From a virus (taxonomy: Duplodnaviria > Caudoviricetes), in the IMG/VR virus record IMGVR_UViG_3300020123_000077, positions 1-62,711 of that record: 62,711 nucleotides of DNA. One strand, written 5' to 3'. Of this stretch, positions 1 through 8,195 are shown in pieces (within the stretch, counting starts at the first letter, position 1; each line of letters opens with the position of its first letter). A model generated the notes under the pieces. It was not told where the DNA came from and did not search any database. It saw nothing but the letters and a program-made list of their open reading frames with translations. A program made the position numbers and the translations under genes.

Positions 1-127
1 ATCGCGGTCATAGACAGCTACGCCCCCGACCCAACCACAGCCGCAGGAAAGGCTCTGTTAGTGTAATGATTTGTTCTGTTGAAAATTGTGGCGTTAAAGC
101 GCATGGACATGGTTTATGTAGGAAGCA
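1..127. repeat. Terminal direct repeat, identical to 62585-62711 (circular assembly overlap)
   Basis: ATCGCGGTCA...GGAAGCA occurs exactly at both ends; the capsid gene ends inside the repeat and the HNH gene starts inside it. Confidence 0.97.
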
Positions 128-581
128 CTACAACATTGAATATGCGTGGAAACGTATTGCATGGAAAGAAGCAAACCCTGAAAAGGTTAAGGCGCATAAG
201 CGCAATGATCATATAAGGCATGCGGAAGCCATCAAGGCACGAGTCAAAGAGTGGGTACGCAATAATCCAGAGAAACGCAAAGTCAATGTCTCAAAGTGGG
301 ATAGGGCTAATGCAGGATCTGTTAATGCGAGAACTGCTCAGCGCCGCGCAACCAAACTTAATGCTACTCCATCATGGGGTAACAAGTTTTTTATCAAAGA
401 GGCATACCACTTAGCAAAGTTAAGGACTGACATGCTTGGCTTCAAATGGGAAGTCGACCATATCGTTCCGCTACAAAGCAAATTGGTGTGCGGATTGCAC
501 GTTGAGAAAAATCTAAGAGTTATTCCAATGATGGACAACAGAACGAAATCGAATACTAACTGGCCCAACATGCCAAATTAA
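66..581 (+). CDS. HNH homing endonuclease
   Basis: N-terminal C-x4-C...CRKHY zinc motif; C-terminal VDHIVPLQSKLVCGLHVEKNL...N HNH motif; lies directly after the capsid gene. Confidence 0.85.
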   Translation: MICSVENCGVKAHGHGLCRKHYNIEYAWKRIAWKEANPEKVKAHKRNDHIRHAEAIKARVKEWVRNNPEKRKVNVSKWDRANAGSVNARTAQRRATKLNATPSWGNKFFIKEAYHLAKLRTDMLGFKWEVDHIVPLQSKLVCGLHVEKNLRVIPMMDNRTKSNTNWPNMPN

Positions 582-599
582 TTTAAGGAGCAATAAATC

Positions 600-1046
600 A
601 TGGCTGCTAATACTGCAAACAACTTCCTGCAAATCCCGCACAACGGGGTTTATGGAAACAAGTCAGTTGTTACTGATGGTTATGCGGATCTTTCAACCGC
701 TTCTGCTGCGGCAGGCGACACCTTCGATTTTGTGAAGGTGCCAGGCGGTTCAAAAGTTATCTCAGGCTTCCTGTACTCAACCCAGTTCACCGGCACGAGC
801 ACTTGGGTCTTGGGCGTCCGTTACGCTGACGGTACTTCCACAGGTGGTACAACCGGTACTGCTGTGCTGGTTGCTGGTACGGCTTCGGCCATTACCGGCG
901 CTGCCTCGACGTACGCATTGCGCTTCAAACCTTTCACCAATGACGTTGACACGATTGTGTATGCAACCCACGTAACCGGGCCAGCACACACAGCAAATGA
1001 CGACATCACATTGGTGTTGGAATACATCGCAACAGGTACGAAGTAA
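600..1046 (+). CDS. Putative capsid decoration/cement protein
   Basis: Strong AAGGAG RBS; first structural gene after the capsid gene; Thr/Ala/Gly-rich beta-type sequence. Confidence 0.6.
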   Translation: MAANTANNFLQIPHNGVYGNKSVVTDGYADLSTASAAAGDTFDFVKVPGGSKVISGFLYSTQFTGTSTWVLGVRYADGTSTGGTTGTAVLVAGTASAITGAASTYALRFKPFTNDVDTIVYATHVTGPAHTANDDITLVLEYIATGTK

Positions 1047-1053
1047 TACAAAC

Positions 1054-1076
1054 GGCGGGTTGCGGCCCGCCATTTT
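1054..1076 (+). terminator. Probable rho-independent terminator
   Basis: GGCGGGT-TGCG-GCCCGCC stem-loop followed by ATTTT, after the capsid/decoration genes. Confidence 0.5.
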
Positions 1077-1087
1077 AGGAGACTCGC

Positions 1088-1534
1088 ATGAGTGCAGGAC
1101 TGGAACAAAAACAAGCTGGCAAGCGTATCGTGTACATCGGACGCAAGGGAATGAAGGCGGATAATGTTGCCCAAACAGGATTGACATGGACGCCCGGTGA
1201 AATTCACGAAGTTCCTGACGCGAAGAAAGCCGACAAGCTACTCGAATACTCGAACGTGTGGGCCGATGCCGACAAGGATTATGAGTTCGTCAAAGAACCG
1301 ATGCCGCCAGAATCTCCTGAACCCGAGCCGCGTGTGCAGTTAATGCCGCAAGGCGGTGGTGAAGCCTCTCCATTTTGGGAGCCGGTCATCATTGTTGTAC
1401 CGAATGAAGTATTTGCGAAGCTGCAAGCGCATGAAATGGAAGCTGTTTTCATGACGCCGGAAGACGCGGATGCATTCGCGCAATGGAAACAAACTAAATC
1501 AAGCAAGACATTAAAACTGCCTAAGGCGCATTAA
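1088..1534 (+). CDS. Conserved phage protein (933W-like post-capsid gene)
   Basis: AGGAG RBS; IVYIG.K..K.D.V..TG..W motif and position match 933W-like morphogenesis genes. Confidence 0.55.
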   Translation: MSAGLEQKQAGKRIVYIGRKGMKADNVAQTGLTWTPGEIHEVPDAKKADKLLEYSNVWADADKDYEFVKEPMPPESPEPEPRVQLMPQGGGEASPFWEPVIIVVPNEVFAKLQAHEMEAVFMTPEDADAFAQWKQTKSSKTLKLPKAH

Positions 1535-1875
1535 TGTCAACAATACAGGACATCGTCAATCTGGCGCGATTAGATTTGAATGATACATCGACCAGCACGT
1601 CGCTATATCGCTATCCGGATTCCGATCTCGTGCAGTTCGTCAACGATGGACTGGCCTTGGCCTATGTGCTTCGCCCCGATCTTAAGTTCGGAAACTATAC
1701 ACAGGTTTATGCAGATTTGGCGCTGACCGATAGTTTCCCGCTGCCTTCCGAGTATCGACCGGCCATAGCATCGTATGTCGTGGCGAGAAATCAGAGTGGT
1801 GACGATTCCTTTGTTCTCAATCAACGAGCCGAGATGGAAATGGCTATGTATCTTAAAGAATTGGGAGCTACATAG
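1534..1875 (+). CDS. Head-tail adaptor-like protein (DUF6682-like)
   Basis: IVNLARLDLND...RYPDSDLVQFVNDG...RPD pattern typical of podovirus adaptor proteins. Confidence 0.6.
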   Translation: MSTIQDIVNLARLDLNDTSTSTSLYRYPDSDLVQFVNDGLALAYVLRPDLKFGNYTQVYADLALTDSFPLPSEYRPAIASYVVARNQSGDDSFVLNQRAEMEMAMYLKELGAT

Positions 1876-2690
1876 TGCAAAAGTATCAGGATGTTATTTT
1901 AAACACACTGCTGGCCCCGGTTGCAGGGGCGTCCGTGCTAGTCAGACCGACAGGAAGCGTATCAACCTCCACAATTTACGCGGCCAGCACCGGGACAGCG
2001 GTAGCGGCAAACCCGATCACCGCAGATAGTAACGGGAGATTCTCATTCTATGGTGCCAATGGTCGCTATGATCTGGTGGTCAGTGGAAGCTTTATCGCTA
2101 CCACGACCTATACCGACATCATGCTGGAAGACGTTCCTCTGTCTAATCTGAGTGAATTATCTACCGCATCATCAGCTCGGAACAATCTCGGCCTTGGGTC
2201 TGCTGCGGTTATCTCAACTTCATCTTTTCTTCAAACCGCAAATAATCTATCCGATATCCCGGTTGCCGCCACGGCGCGGGCGAGTTTGGGATTGATCATC
2301 GGAACCAATGTTCAGGCATTTGATTCTGCCAATGTCGTTTCAACCAGTACAAATACCTTCACAAAGGCGCAGCGCGGTGCGGTCGTCGCATTGGCAAGTA
2401 CGGGTCAGATTGCGCCAGACATGAACGCCGGTAACAACTTTTCGTTATCGATGACGGTTAACACGACAATGGCGGCAGGAACCAATGTGGTCGCCGGGCA
2501 GCTTGGTCGTATCGTAATTACGCAGAATTCAACCGCTAAAACGCTTGCTTTCAACACGTTCTGGAAGTTCCCAGGCGGGACAACCGGGACGTTATCGACC
2601 GCCACGGCAGCGGGAACGACAGACGTACTGGAGTATTATGTCATGACAACCACGTCGGCTGAGTGCGTGATGAGGAATGGTCTAGCATGA
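1875..2690 (+). CDS. Tail fibre/spike-like virion protein
   Basis: N-terminal ANPITADSNGRFSFYGANGRYD attachment-type domain; NLSD..ARNNLGLGSAA fibre repeats; Ser/Thr-rich. Confidence 0.65.
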   Translation: MQKYQDVILNTLLAPVAGASVLVRPTGSVSTSTIYAASTGTAVAANPITADSNGRFSFYGANGRYDLVVSGSFIATTTYTDIMLEDVPLSNLSELSTASSARNNLGLGSAAVISTSSFLQTANNLSDIPVAATARASLGLIIGTNVQAFDSANVVSTSTNTFTKAQRGAVVALASTGQIAPDMNAGNNFSLSMTVNTTMAAGTNVVAGQLGRIVITQNSTAKTLAFNTFWKFPGGTTGTLSTATAAGTTDVLEYYVMTTTSAECVMRNGLA

Positions 2691-3601
2691 CACTCATCGT
2701 ACAAGTCTCGTCAACAGCAACTTCGCATTTATACAACAGCGATATTCTCAATTGGGTCATGCCTGATTTGCCAATGGCGCCGATTCAGATGGTGAATAAC
2801 GCGATTCGTGATTCCGTCATTGAGCTGTGTGAACGGGCACTGATCTGGCGACAGGAATTGCAAGAGATTCTGGTGTTGCCACCTACCGCCACGACAACCA
2901 CGGCGACATCGGCATCAGGCTCAAATTCGATCACTGTGTCAGATACAACAAATTTCACAGATGGTTCTACCATCACGGTAGGATTAACGGATGGAACATT
3001 GTGGCGCGGTCATCAAGTAGGTGCTCCGGTCGCTGGTGTGATCACGTTAGACGGCGCTTTGAATCAGGATGTCGAGATATCAGCAGCAGTCACAAAGTTG
3101 GTTGATCAGTATCCATTAACGTTACCAAGCGGTACGGCGATGGCAAAGATACTGAAAGCGTGGCTAAACGATAACGTGATCGATCCGATCTCGCAGGATG
3201 ATCTCGATAACGAATTTAATAATACGCAGTTCGGTTGGGTTGGCGTGAATTGGCGCACGGACGTAAGGCTACCAACGCGTTTTTACGGGCCGGATGACGG
3301 AACTGTTGGTCTCGCTCTGGCCCCCGCAGCAAGCGGAAACCTTCGCATACTCGCAGCATTGAAGCCGACACGCGCCTCTACCACATTCCCTCAATGGATT
3401 TACGAGCGCTATATCGAAACGATAGCGCACGGAGCTAAAGCGCGGATCATGATGATCCCGAAGAAACCATACAGCAATCCACAAGCAGGGGCTTATCACC
3501 TGATGGAATTCAATGCACTGGTTGGCGATGCAAGAATCAGGATGGCAAGAAGTAACAGTCGTTCTCCACTGCGTACTCATACTGTTTTTGGACTTAGGTA
3601 A
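2687..3601 (+). CDS. Tail adaptor/tubular protein A-like, with an inserted Thr-rich domain
   Basis: Likely ATG at 2687 (ATGA overlap); AIRDSVIELCER and ALKPTR...IAHGAKARIMMIP.KPYSNP motifs of 933W-like adaptors. Confidence 0.65.
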   Translation: MTLIVQVSSTATSHLYNSDILNWVMPDLPMAPIQMVNNAIRDSVIELCERALIWRQELQEILVLPPTATTTTATSASGSNSITVSDTTNFTDGSTITVGLTDGTLWRGHQVGAPVAGVITLDGALNQDVEISAAVTKLVDQYPLTLPSGTAMAKILKAWLNDNVIDPISQDDLDNEFNNTQFGWVGVNWRTDVRLPTRFYGPDDGTVGLALAPAASGNLRILAALKPTRASTTFPQWIYERYIETIAHGAKARIMMIPKKPYSNPQAGAYHLMEFNALVGDARIRMARSNSRSPLRTHTVFGLR

Positions 3602-3603
3602 TC

Positions 3604-3936
3604 ATGGAGCGACGCTCAGAAGATAGGGAAAAAACCATGTTACTTCAACGATTCGAGGATTTGCAGGAGAAAGTTGATCGTGACTTGAGGGGCATGCATG
3701 ACAAGATACTAGAAATACACGGCGAAACAGTTAGTTCAAGGGAAAGTGTCAATACCACTTCCAGGTTGGTCGTGGATATGCAAAAACAAGTAGGCACATT
3801 AATTAATGTACTTACAGCAGTGAATGGGACTAAGACACTATTTGGATGGTTGTGGGATGTATCCAAGGGATTGGCTGTAATAGCTGGTGGATGTGCCGTG
3901 TTTTGGCATTGGCTTCTAAAGGACTTGGCGAGATGA
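3604..3936 (+). CDS. Putative holin or lysis-associated membrane protein
   Basis: Coiled-coil N-terminus with a C-terminal hydrophobic helix; upstream of the endolysin. Confidence 0.45.
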   Translation: MERRSEDREKTMLLQRFEDLQEKVDRDLRGMHDKILEIHGETVSSRESVNTTSRLVVDMQKQVGTLINVLTAVNGTKTLFGWLWDVSKGLAVIAGGCAVFWHWLLKDLAR

Positions 3937-3943
3937 GCATGAT

Positions 3944-4558
3944 CTATTCTAAAGACGGGCTACACCTAACGGAATTATGTCTTTCACCATTTTTTATCTT
4001 GTAAATAAGTGCAGTGCTTACTTTAAATTTTAATGCAATATTAATTATTCTTTCTTTTTCAAGGATGAGTTTTCTAATTGAAACAACATCGATATTTGTT
4101 AATTTTGCAGAAGGATGGTTTTCCCCATATAAATTTACAAGACCAGTTTTCCATTGATGTTGAGTGTTTTGAGACAGCGTAATCCATTCTAAATTTGATG
4201 GTGTGTTGTTAAGTTTATTTCCATCAATATGATTAACACTTAAAGAAGCGTCAAAATTTTCGCAAAAAGAAGATGCTATTAAACGATGCAATAAGTATTT
4301 TTTTCTTTCTCCTAAAAGTTGAACGGATATATACAAATAGCCGTTATTTCCAATCCACGGAGATAAGATTTTAGGAGATTTTTTTTGAGTATTAATTTTT
4401 CCCAATCTAATTGATGTTGTAGTGCGGGCAGCGGTGCGAGCTCTACCAAGATTAGATACTTCTATAAAGTCGTGGCAAAGCGGTGTTTTTTTCCATATTT
4501 CCATAATTAACTCCTTTGTATGTCCGTACATTGTACGTATATTGAAATGTTTTATCAA
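3944..4558 (-). CDS. NUMOD4-HNH homing endonuclease
   Basis: EIWKK...EVSNLGR (NUMOD4) and HRLIA...VNHIDGNKLNN..SNLEW (HNH_3); AT-rich and antisense to the lysis cassette; true start probably near 4504. Confidence 0.88.
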   Translation of the reverse strand: MIKHFNIRTMYGHTKELIMEIWKKTPLCHDFIEVSNLGRARTAARTTTSIRLGKINTQKKSPKILSPWIGNNGYLYISVQLLGERKKYLLHRLIASSFCENFDASLSVNHIDGNKLNNTPSNLEWITLSQNTQHQWKTGLVNLYGENHPSAKLTNIDVVSIRKLILEKERIINIALKFKVSTALIYKIKNGERHNSVRCSPSLE

Positions 4559-4566
4559 GGCAAAAA

Positions 4567-5049
4567 ATGAATAGTTTCGATGATGCTTTTACTGCTTTGA
4601 TTGGAAATGAAGGCGGCTATAGTAACAATCCAGCCGATCCTGGTGGGGAGACAATGTGGGGCATCACAAAACGTGTTGCGCAAGCCAATGGCTATGTGGG
4701 AGAAATGCGAGACTTGCCGCTATCGACCGCAAAGAATATCGCAAAGTCCCAGTATTGGGACAAGTTCATGTGCGATCAGTTTGATCCTCGTATCGGGTTT
4801 CAAGTTTTCGATGCCGCATATAACGGTGGCCATCCAGCTCAATGGCTGCAACAGGCAGCAGGGATAAACGCAGATGGTGTGATAGGTGCGCAGACGGTTG
4901 CAGCAGTAAGATCAACTGATCCTTTAAAAATCGTCATGCGCTTCGTTTCGTATCGATTGAAGTACCTTGGCAATCTTTCATCATGGGCAAACTTTGGGCA
5001 CGGATGGGCAAATCGCATCGCAGATAACTTATTGAAGGGTGCTGAGTAA
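4567..5049 (+). CDS. Endolysin, glycoside hydrolase family 108 with peptidoglycan-binding domain
   Basis: EGGYSNNPADPGGET.WGIT catalytic motif; ADGVIGAQT and FG.GWANR C-terminus. Confidence 0.92.
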   Translation: MNSFDDAFTALIGNEGGYSNNPADPGGETMWGITKRVAQANGYVGEMRDLPLSTAKNIAKSQYWDKFMCDQFDPRIGFQVFDAAYNGGHPAQWLQQAAGINADGVIGAQTVAAVRSTDPLKIVMRFVSYRLKYLGNLSSWANFGHGWANRIADNLLKGAE

Positions 5050-5288
5050 TGGATAAAATCATTCGAGATATTCTTACTGGCATTGATGGAGAGTCCTTTG
5101 CAATAGTCAAGGTACTTGGCTTCTCTTTGGTTGCTGTCTTTATCGCGCTTGAAATAGCTGCATTCTTGACAGGAAAGCCATTTGATGCGAATGGATACGG
5201 CATTGGTTCAGGGCTAGTCGTTGCAGCGATGGGGGCTGCTATGAAGCTAACAGAAAAATCTGAGCCGCCAGCAACGGAGAAATCATGA
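5049..5288 (+). CDS. Putative holin (two TM segments)
   Basis: 79 aa with two hydrophobic helices, between the endolysin and the spanins. Confidence 0.6.
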   Translation: MDKIIRDILTGIDGESFAIVKVLGFSLVAVFIALEIAAFLTGKPFDANGYGIGSGLVVAAMGAAMKLTEKSEPPATEKS

Positions 5289-5788
5289 TGAACCCATACC
5301 TAATTATCGGTGGATTGCTCCTATTAATCGCTGTTGCATTTGGCGGCGCGCAAGTCGGACGAAAACTTGAGCGTACTGCATGGCAGCAAAAGGAAATTGC
5401 GACAGCCGCACAAAACCAGAAAGAATTGAACGATGCAATCCAGGCGGCACAACGTCAAGAGTTATTCAACCAGGCAAAAGCACGAAAGGCAACAGAAGAC
5501 CATGTTCAAGCAATCAATGATCTCAATCAAAAATATGCTGCTGCTCTTATTGCTGTCAAGTCTGCTGGCGGGTTGCGCGTCAACCGAGCCGCAGTCTGTG
5601 ATAGCACTACCGCAAGCAACCAAGGCACAAGCACCAGCGGATCTCATGAAACCAGCGCCGGAACCGTCGAGCTTCCTCAATCAACTCAGGCAAGCCTTTT
5701 CGAATTAGTGAAAAGAGCTGATGAACTTGCGGAACAACTGCGTGCATTGCAGGGGTGGATTAAGGACAATGGGTTTGACGGGCCATGA
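5285..5788 (+). CDS. Rz: i-spanin (Rz-like)
   Basis: N-terminal TM helix, coiled coil, GGLRV...C and ADELAEQLRALQ.W motifs. Confidence 0.85.
   Translation: MMNPYLIIGGLLLLIAVAFGGAQVGRKLERTAWQQKEIATAAQNQKELNDAIQAAQRQELFNQAKARKATEDHVQAINDLNQKYAAALIAVKSAGGLRVNRAAVCDSTTASNQGTSTSGSHETSAGTVELPQSTQASLFELVKRADELAEQLRALQGWIKDNGFDGP
5502..5708 (+). CDS. Rz1: o-spanin lipoprotein (Rz1-like), embedded in Rz in the +1 frame
   Basis: LLLLLSSLLAGC lipobox and Pro-rich mature part; lies fully inside Rz. Confidence 0.8.
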   Translation: MFKQSMISIKNMLLLLLLSSLLAGCASTEPQSVIALPQATKAQAPADLMKPAPEPSSFLNQLRQAFSN

Positions 5789-5901
5789 ATATTTATAGTC
5801 TGTGGTTAAAGATTTGGCTCGATGCTTTGATGTTGTTCGCGCCACCAAAGAAAACGAATGCAACCATACTAAAATTTGAACGAAAAAGAGGTTTGAGATG
5901 A
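5785..5901 (+). CDS. Small hypothetical protein (38 aa, below the ORF-track cutoff)
   Basis: MNIYSLWLKIWLDALMLF...; ATGA overlaps with both neighbouring genes. Confidence 0.5.
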   Translation: MNIYSLWLKIWLDALMLFAPPKKTNATILKFERKRGLR

Positions 5902-8195
5902 CAACAGTTGTACTTGCCGATAACGCGTATGGAACATTAAGTGTCGGCATCACTGCCACTGATTCATCGATCTCACTGACTGCTGGACAAGGCGTTCGCT
6001 TCCCTGCTATCGCAGGCAGTCAGGTTTTATATGCATGCCTTGTTAATTCCTCCAATGTGATTGAGGAAGTACAGATTACCGTACATGGAACATCATCCGA
6101 TACTGCAACGATTGTACGCGGTGTAGGTAGTACGACACCTAAGGCATGGAGCGCTGGCGACAGGGTTGAAGCTCGTGTTTCAAAGGCTGTCTTGACCGAT
6201 CTAAATACTTATACGCCAGCTGGAACCGGTGGCGTTGCAATGACGCTGCAAAGCAAAGCAACGGACATATTAAATCTGAAAAACTATGGCGCGGTAGGTG
6301 ATGGCGTTGCCGATGATACGGCGGCATGGGTAAATTTTCTGGCGCAGTGCGTAGCGCAAAATAAACGCGGTTACATTCCATCAGGTGTGTATCTGATGGA
6401 TAAGTTTTCATTCACATCTGCACATGCTGGACTTGTGTTATTTGGCGATACATATGGCAGGACTGGAACGCGTCAAGGCGTGCCTCCACAAGCTGGTGTA
6501 TTCGGGTTATCTCCAACTTTATTTCGTTTGCGCACGGCTCAGTCAACTTTCGTTTCAATCGATGGATGCTATGATTTAACGATTGATAATGTAAGTTTGG
6601 ATGGAAATGGGTTTGCTGATACCGTTCTTTATGAGCCAGGCACAAACAATAATACACACACAAACTGGAACAACAGTTTCTTCATGCGTCCGACACCAAC
6701 CACTGGACGCGTGCATTGGTATGATGGCACCAATGGTGGAGAAGGGTGCAAGTTCTATAACTGTTATTTGAATGGGGATAATTTTCCAACGAATGGCAGT
6801 GTTGCAAAGAATTGTGTCTATATTGGAAATTCCAACGCATTCCTTGGTCGATATGATCATTGTGTTTTTAATGCTGCTACCGACTTGGTTGAGTTTTCAA
6901 CCGGGTCAGCAGATTTGGATACCTGCGAGTTTTATGGCGCGGTAAGTTCATGTATTAAGGTAACGAATACCTGCCAAGCATGCACGATCACCAATCCATA
7001 CTCAGAAGGTACGAATAACGTTAATTTCTTCCTTCAATCCGGCACGGCTGGTGTGACAGGTAATCGCACTATTCTTCTCATCAATCCGCAAGTCAATGCA
7101 ACAGGCATGACGATTCAACTGAACTGCCAACAACCTGTACACATTATTGACGGATTTTTAGGTTCTACTAATATTGATGTTACACCATTTGCGACTTATG
7201 GCGTGATGCACAATATCATTGTGGGTGTTGAGTTCAATACAGGGTTTGGCATTACCGGATCTGGTGCAACCACACAAACATTGTCATTCGGTTGTGGTGT
7301 TCTCGCCGCAGGAGTCTTTACCGAGACGATTAGTAATTGGCCAACCGGCCTTGTTGTGCAAGGCATGACTGTGGGGAATGGCGCGTCTGCGGTCGCAACC
7401 AACACCGCCTATGGTCAAAACGCATTGAGTGCGATCACGACGGGTGCAAGCAATACAGGTGTTGGTGGCGGGGCCGGATCTGCCATTACAACAGGAAATC
7501 ATAACACGGTGTTCGGCTCGTTTTCGCTAGACCAAGGCACGGTAACAGGCAGTGAAAACTTTGCTGCCGGACGTCTTGTCATGCGCCCCCTTACATCTGG
7601 CGCGAACAATTGCGTGTCAGGCAATCTCGCCGGCACTGCAATGACGACCGGGTCAAATAACACGCTGTATGGGTATAACGCTGGAGCGAATTTAACAACT
7701 GGCGGCGACAATACCATCATCGGAAAAGATTCGGCGGCATCGGCAAATAATGTGACATTTGAGATTGTTCTTGGTGATGGCTTAACTGGAAAAGGCACGC
7801 AAACTGCATTTATCGGCGGCACGAACGGTGTATATAACGCATTAAATGCATCTACCTGGACAACCAGTTCTGACGCGAGAGTCAAATCAATTATCGGCGA
7901 TTCAGAAAAAGGTCTTGCTCATATCTTGAGAGTGAATGTCAAAAATTTTACCTATCTTCCGCAAAATGAAATACCGGTCAATGAACATGGTGAGCCAATT
8001 GCAACCGATCTGGATTCGAGTAAAGTCATGACTGGTGCCATCGCTCAGGAAATTAGAGACCCATTTCCTGAGTGCGTAAACGAAAGTCCGACTTCGCTTC
8101 TGACTGTTAATGTCGATCCTATTATTTGGGCGCTTGTAAAAAGTGTGCAGCAATTATCTGCGCAGTTTGAAGAATACAAGTCGACACATCCATGA
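5898..8195 (+). CDS. Tailspike/receptor-binding protein with beta-helix and C-terminal intramolecular chaperone (S74-like)
   Basis: NLKNYGAVGDGVADDTAA pectate-lyase-like start; NTAYGQNAL-type repeats; SDARVK...LVKSVQQLSAQ chaperone domain. Confidence 0.85.
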   Translation: MTTVVLADNAYGTLSVGITATDSSISLTAGQGVRFPAIAGSQVLYACLVNSSNVIEEVQITVHGTSSDTATIVRGVGSTTPKAWSAGDRVEARVSKAVLTDLNTYTPAGTGGVAMTLQSKATDILNLKNYGAVGDGVADDTAAWVNFLAQCVAQNKRGYIPSGVYLMDKFSFTSAHAGLVLFGDTYGRTGTRQGVPPQAGVFGLSPTLFRLRTAQSTFVSIDGCYDLTIDNVSLDGNGFADTVLYEPGTNNNTHTNWNNSFFMRPTPTTGRVHWYDGTNGGEGCKFYNCYLNGDNFPTNGSVAKNCVYIGNSNAFLGRYDHCVFNAATDLVEFSTGSADLDTCEFYGAVSSCIKVTNTCQACTITNPYSEGTNNVNFFLQSGTAGVTGNRTILLINPQVNATGMTIQLNCQQPVHIIDGFLGSTNIDVTPFATYGVMHNIIVGVEFNTGFGITGSGATTQTLSFGCGVLAAGVFTETISNWPTGLVVQGMTVGNGASAVATNTAYGQNALSAITTGASNTGVGGGAGSAITTGNHNTVFGSFSLDQGTVTGSENFAAGRLVMRPLTSGANNCVSGNLAGTAMTTGSNNTLYGYNAGANLTTGGDNTIIGKDSAASANNVTFEIVLGDGLTGKGTQTAFIGGTNGVYNALNASTWTTSSDARVKSIIGDSEKGLAHILRVNVKNFTYLPQNEIPVNEHGEPIATDLDSSKVMTGAIAQEIRDPFPECVNESPTSLLTVNVDPIIWALVKSVQQLSAQFEEYKSTHP

